From: Thermodesulfobacteriota bacterium
GTDB taxonomy: Bacteria; Desulfobacterota_D; UBA1144; Nemesobacterales; UBA2774
Assembly (NCBI GenBank): GCA_965223335.1
Contig: OZ244991.1
Span: 1,312,001 to 1,376,000, forward strand
Length of the DNA stretch: 64,000 bases
Reading direction: 5' to 3'
Below the pieces are notes generated by a model that ran no database searches, was not told where the DNA came from, and saw only the letters and a list, made by a program, of their open reading frames with translations. The translations under genes were made by a program, and so were the position numbers. Shown piece after piece: positions 60,065-64,000 of this stretch; within the stretch, counting starts at the first letter, position 1, and every line of letters starts with the position of its first letter.

Positions 60065-61594
60065 ATGTACTCCGTAGATAAATCTAGAATCAATATTCTC
60101 ATTATTGCTTTAGTATGTTTAGCGCTTTCGGCGACTGATCTTACCGCAGCGTCCAGGGTAGATACTGCCTCGGGTCTGCATAAGATTACATTTGGTACCG
60201 ATCTCGGGCAGGTAGTGGTCTATGTGCCCGACGACACGGCAGCCGGGGACAAAATCACAGGGACTATAGAGATACAACCGGTAGGCTCAAATAACGAGCT
60301 GGCTAACTACTACGTGGATTTGGACACTGTAAGCATCCCAGTCTCGAGCAGGGTGTTTGAGCTTGAGGTTCCGAAAAACATGGCAGGTGCTGTGATGAAA
60401 TTCAGTTTAAAAGACGCGGGGAGAAGAGAAGTAGATACAGCTTTTATACCGGTCCTCTTGTCCTCCTCTGTGATGCGCAGGTCAGGTGATCCCAAGCCCT
60501 CGGACTTTGAGTGCCCTGTAGTGGGGCAGTCGGGCCGTCACCTGCAGGTCGAGGGGCCTTTTGACGGTAAATTCTCTACAACACAGTTTAGCATCGGAGG
60601 GAAAAAAGCAGTATTGTTGGCCGAATCGCCTAGGAAATTAGCATTTAGGGTGCCGAATAATATTGTTGGCACTAACGAGATCCTATTAAATGAAAACGGA
60701 GTAGAGGTAAGGGCTCCGTTTAAGAGCCTTCAAGTCGTAAGGATTGATCAGTCGGGTGCAGTGACAGTGTCGGAAGCCCCTGTCGAGACCGTGCCCACTG
60801 TGCCCACTCCCACAGAGCCTGTTACCCAAGAGCAAAAAGCCACAGACTCCAAAGACGACCAAGTGCTTACCGAGTCGGATATCTCGGACGATAAAGAACT
60901 ACTTCCCACAATTCAGAGCATGGATTTCCAGGGTGTCGAGGCAGAAATGGGACCCATCGACCCGGCACAGGAAAAGAGGATGATTATAGCACGCCAGTTG
61001 AATGTGTCTCTAAATAGCAGTGGGGGAGGTAACGTGCTTCCCAAAGAGCAGGTGGAAACCGCCGAGATAGAAACTACGAATGAAGAGAGTTCCGAGGGTG
61101 TAGTAGAGACCGAGCTGCCAGATACCGGTATTGAGACGAGTGAGCCTGAAAGGGCATTGAGTGCGGCGTTGCCCGAGGCTCGGGATTCGCTCGTCCCGTC
61201 TGTGGACGATGAACCTGTCTCTATCGAAACACTAAAACTCGAATTAATCAAAGCACAGCTTAGCACAGCACTTGGTGGTGCTATGGGCTTAGCCGATGTG
61301 AGTTCGGCCAAGAACAAAAAGCTTGGGGATTTTGCACAGGCTCCCGAGGGCGGTAAATTCACGGTGCAGGTCGCATCGTTCAAAAGACAAGAGGACGCCG
61401 TGGAGTTTGCCCAACTGCTTCAGAACAAAGGATACAAAGTGTATGTAATGCAGACAGAAATCACTGGGAAAGGGGTTTGGAACAGAGTTAGGGTTGGGGA
61501 ATTTGAGACTAAAAACGAAGCCTCGTCATACGCAGATCAATTGATCGAAAATGAACCGATTATTAAGGCTTTCTTTGTGGCAGAATCCGAGTAA
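60065..61594 (+). CDS. Exported multidomain protein with C-terminal SPOR domain
   Basis: Signal peptide, beta-rich N-terminal region, acidic linker, FTVQVASF...WNRVRVG. Confidence 0.85.
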   Translation: MYSVDKSRINILIIALVCLALSATDLTAASRVDTASGLHKITFGTDLGQVVVYVPDDTAAGDKITGTIEIQPVGSNNELANYYVDLDTVSIPVSSRVFELEVPKNMAGAVMKFSLKDAGRREVDTAFIPVLLSSSVMRRSGDPKPSDFECPVVGQSGRHLQVEGPFDGKFSTTQFSIGGKKAVLLAESPRKLAFRVPNNIVGTNEILLNENGVEVRAPFKSLQVVRIDQSGAVTVSEAPVETVPTVPTPTEPVTQEQKATDSKDDQVLTESDISDDKELLPTIQSMDFQGVEAEMGPIDPAQEKRMIIARQLNVSLNSSGGGNVLPKEQVETAEIETTNEESSEGVVETELPDTGIETSEPERALSAALPEARDSLVPSVDDEPVSIETLKLELIKAQLSTALGGAMGLADVSSAKNKKLGDFAQAPEGGKFTVQVASFKRQEDAVEFAQLLQNKGYKVYVMQTEITGKGVWNRVRVGEFETKNEASSYADQLIENEPIIKAFFVAESE

Positions 61595-61727
61595 TTCCCT
61601 GTGTCATTAATTACGGTAATGGAGGATCAGGACTAACATTTAGGAGTTGCTATATCCGGTTAAAGTAGATAATGTAGAACCTGATACCCCCAGACACATA
61701 CACTAAAACAATTGGAATCGTTTATCT

Positions 61728-62471
61728 ATGGTAGATCACGAACAGATCGCAGGGCGTGCGAAAGACAAGAAGAAGCCCCCGTCTTCAAAACTCTTGGGCA
61801 GCGGGATAAAATCATGGTGGTTGCTCTTGATGTTGCCTATAGAGGACTATCTGGTCCAGATTAAGATCCACCCCAATGTGCTAACTGTATCCACATTGGT
61901 AGTGGCTGCTATTACCGGGTTCTTTTACCATATCGGGTGGATTTTTGTGGCGGGGATATTGGTGTTGGGTGGATCAACTTTTGATATATTTGACGGACGG
62001 GTAGCTAGGGCACAGGGCTTAAACAGTCAGAGCGGGGCATTCTTTGACTCGTGTTTAGATAGGTTCTCCGAGGCCTTCATATACCTGGGGCTAATCAGCC
62101 TTTTTCAGGGCACCGTGTTTTCCTACATAGTGTTTTTAATCCTAGTGTCGACGACTATGGTGAGCTACACAAGGGCTCGTTCCGAGGGGCTAGGGGTGAA
62201 ATGTGAGGTCGGCATTATGCAACGGACCGAAAGGATAGTTTACTTGGGAGTGTTATCGGTCTTTAATTTTATCGGTAATTTTATCGCCGGTTATTTCGGT
62301 TTTGCCAAAGATGACTACCTGCTTAAACTTGCACTTATCATAATGCTGGTGTTTTCTCTCTATACCGCTATACAGAGAATGAGTCATGTAATGGGTCAGT
62401 TAAAGGAAAGAGAGTCCGCAGATAGCGTGGAAACAGAGGTGAGTGTCGTGGACGAACCTACGGCAGAGTAA
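61728..62471 (+). CDS. CDP-alcohol phosphatidyltransferase
   Basis: PN..T, D..DG..AR...S..GA..DS..DR..E signature; SY.RARSEG, G.MQRTER. Confidence 0.9.
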   Translation: MVDHEQIAGRAKDKKKPPSSKLLGSGIKSWWLLLMLPIEDYLVQIKIHPNVLTVSTLVVAAITGFFYHIGWIFVAGILVLGGSTFDIFDGRVARAQGLNSQSGAFFDSCLDRFSEAFIYLGLISLFQGTVFSYIVFLILVSTTMVSYTRARSEGLGVKCEVGIMQRTERIVYLGVLSVFNFIGNFIAGYFGFAKDDYLLKLALIIMLVFSLYTAIQRMSHVMGQLKERESADSVETEVSVVDEPTAE

Positions 62472-62489
62472 AAATAATTAACCTTTGTA

Positions 62490-63047
62490 CTATTCTTCGT
62501 TATCAGCTGTTTCAGTTTCTTTAGATTTTTCTTCCGCAGTGTCGGCAGCTGTCTCTTGTTCTGCGCTAGCGGGCTCATTGGCCACTGCTTCTTCCGCTGC
62601 TTTAGGTGCGGAGTCTTCTGTAGGTGTAACGGGCTCTTCGGGCTCAACTTCCACAGCCTCAACTGCACTGTCGTCCAGCGTTGCCGTTTGCTGTTCGTAG
62701 CGCGTCCTTTCTTTGATTCGGCTTGCTTTTTTGGATCTGCCTCTGAGGTAGTAGAGTTTAGCGCGTCTTACTTTACCCCTTCTTTTAATCTCTATTTTGT
62801 CTATTAGAGGTGAGTGCAGAGGGAAAATCCTCTCGACCCCGACCCCGTAGGATACTTTGCGTACAATAAAGGTTTCTCTCGACCCACCGCCTTTTTTTGC
62901 AATCACCACGCCTTCGAATACCTGGATTCTTTCTCTATCGCCCTCTTTGATTTTATAGTGGACCGCAACCGTGTCCCCGGGCCTAAAATCCGGGAGGTTA
63001 GTCCTCATCATTGTCTTTTCTATCTGTTCTATAGCGTTCATCTGCAT
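62490..63047 (-). CDS. rplS: 50S ribosomal protein L19 with acidic C-terminal extension
   Basis: [38 protein letters not shown]. Confidence 0.97.
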   Translation of the reverse strand: MQMNAIEQIEKTMMRTNLPDFRPGDTVAVHYKIKEGDRERIQVFEGVVIAKKGGGSRETFIVRKVSYGVGVERIFPLHSPLIDKIEIKRRGKVRRAKLYYLRGRSKKASRIKERTRYEQQTATLDDSAVEAVEVEPEEPVTPTEDSAPKAAEEAVANEPASAEQETAADTAEEKSKETETADNEE

Positions 63048-63058
63048 AATCACTCCTT

Positions 63059-64000
63059 TCATATTTTACACGCGAGAAGCCTGTCCAACACTATCGCAGC
63101 GGCGCTTCTTACAGACAGATGGTTGTAAGTGGTAAACCCCTCGACAGGGTTAAGCGCATAGTTGCTGCTACTCATAAGCTCCTCGGATATTCCCCAGCCA
63201 GTACCGAAAAGTATTAGATAGGGTTTTTGTCCCTGGAATATCATTTTTCTCAAAGTTTTGTGTCCTATAGTATTGTCTCTGTGCCTTGCGTCTGTTACTA
63301 CTACCTCTGGTCTTTGGCCCTCTCGGGCCTCGACATCCGCAACGGCAGCTTCATACGAATCTTTTATATCCACAAGCTCAATAGCCTCTGCGCGCGACGT
63401 GTTGTATTGCGGTCCAGGGCCCTCGGTCCAATGCTTAATCACACGGGTGGCCAGCTCTTGCTGCTCTGCCATGGGATGGATGAGATAAAACCCTTTAACC
63501 CCATATGTTTTTGCAGCCCGCGCGATATCGTGTATATCTAAATTCGTGAAAGCCGTTGTAATAATATCGAGCCGATTATTGTATACTGGATAATGGATTA
63601 ATGCAATATATACACTAAAAGATGGGCTTTGGCTGAGTTTGAGCTCATCGATCAGTTTTTTGTCATCCATCTCGAGAGCGGCTTCATCCAACAGATCGGG
63701 TCTTTGGCGGAATGTCTTTTTTATACTCTCTGTTCTCCTCCATTTCCCTACCTCTCTATGGTTGCCTGACAATAGGATATTCGGCACCTCGAGACCTTTA
63801 TACTCAGGGGGCCGGGTGTACTGAGGGTACTCTAACCGTCCCTGGTGAAAGGATTCATCAAGTGCCGAGTTTTCGTTGCCGAGTACACCGGGGATATGCC
63901 TTGATACGGTGTCTACAATCACACACGCTGCGTATTCCCCTCCGCTCAGCACATAATCGCCGATTGAAAGCTCTAGGTCTACATATAGCTCCCGCACACG
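63059..64000 (-). CDS. trmD: tRNA (m1G37) methyltransferase TrmD fused to a C-terminal SPOUT (DUF2168-like) domain; 5'-truncated by window edge
   Basis: [26 protein letters not shown]; then [30 protein letters not shown]. Confidence 0.92.
   Translation of the reverse strand, partial: RVRELYVDLELSIGDYVLSGGEYAACVIVDTVSRHIPGVLGNENSALDESFHQGRLEYPQYTRPPEYKGLEVPNILLSGNHREVGKWRRTESIKKTFRQRPDLLDEAALEMDDKKLIDELKLSQSPSFSVYIALIHYPVYNNRLDIITTAFTNLDIHDIARAAKTYGVKGFYLIHPMAEQQELATRVIKHWTEGPGPQYNTSRAEAIELVDIKDSYEAAVADVEAREGQRPEVVVTDARHRDNTIGHKTLRKMIFQGQKPYLILFGTGWGISEELMSSSNYALNPVEGFTTYNHLSVRSAAAIVLDRLLACKI

Noticed and set aside
61674..61692. GAACCTGAT (TPP-riboswitch-like) and minus-strand GGGGGTATCAGGTTCTAC (tmRNA 5'-like)
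   Set aside because: No CTGAGA or P5 element for TPP; no room and no T-arm/CCA 3' end for tmRNA.

Overview
A gene-dense chromosomal region of a diderm bacterium, made up mostly of housekeeping genes. The split F0/F1 atp clusters, ftsA-ftsZ without lpxC and the TrmD-SPOUT fusion suggest a Desulfobacterota-related lineage, possibly Ca. Dadabacteria; this is inference, not verified. Gene order: end of the dcw cluster (murD-ftsW-murG-murC-murB-ftsQ-ftsA-ftsZ); rsfS, nadD, ribD, ftsY; dnaE; pcrA/uvrD; tRNA-Gln; ispE; a small accessory block (orphan type IV pilin, lipoprotein, flavin reductase, DUF3943-like); two OmpA/Pal-like lipoproteins flanking cpoB; hemL-atpZ-atpI-atpB-atpE; cca; xseA; tandem-domain thyX; a degenerate sirtuin; a cation/H+ antiporter heading atpF'FHAGDC; rho; yebC-ruvCAB; tolQRA (no tolB); argS; two SPOR proteins; a CDP-alcohol phosphatidyltransferase; rplS; and a trmD fusion. 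I saw no CRISPR array, rRNA, prophage or transposase. The strongest unexplained signals are: (i) a ~124-nt multi-stem RNA leader upstream of pcrA that partly pairs with its own Shine-Dalgarno sequence; (ii) an ~85-nt candidate sRNA bounded by a promoter and terminator and carrying tandem anti-SD CCUCC motifs; (iii) a sirtuin with systematically altered NAD-binding motifs but a perfect sigma70 promoter, close to a truncated acyl-CoA-synthetase-like pseudoenzyme; (iv) a cysteine-rich OmpA/Pal paralogue; (v) an apparent AUA start codon for rsfS. All family calls come from motif recognition by eye; no searches or folding programs were run.
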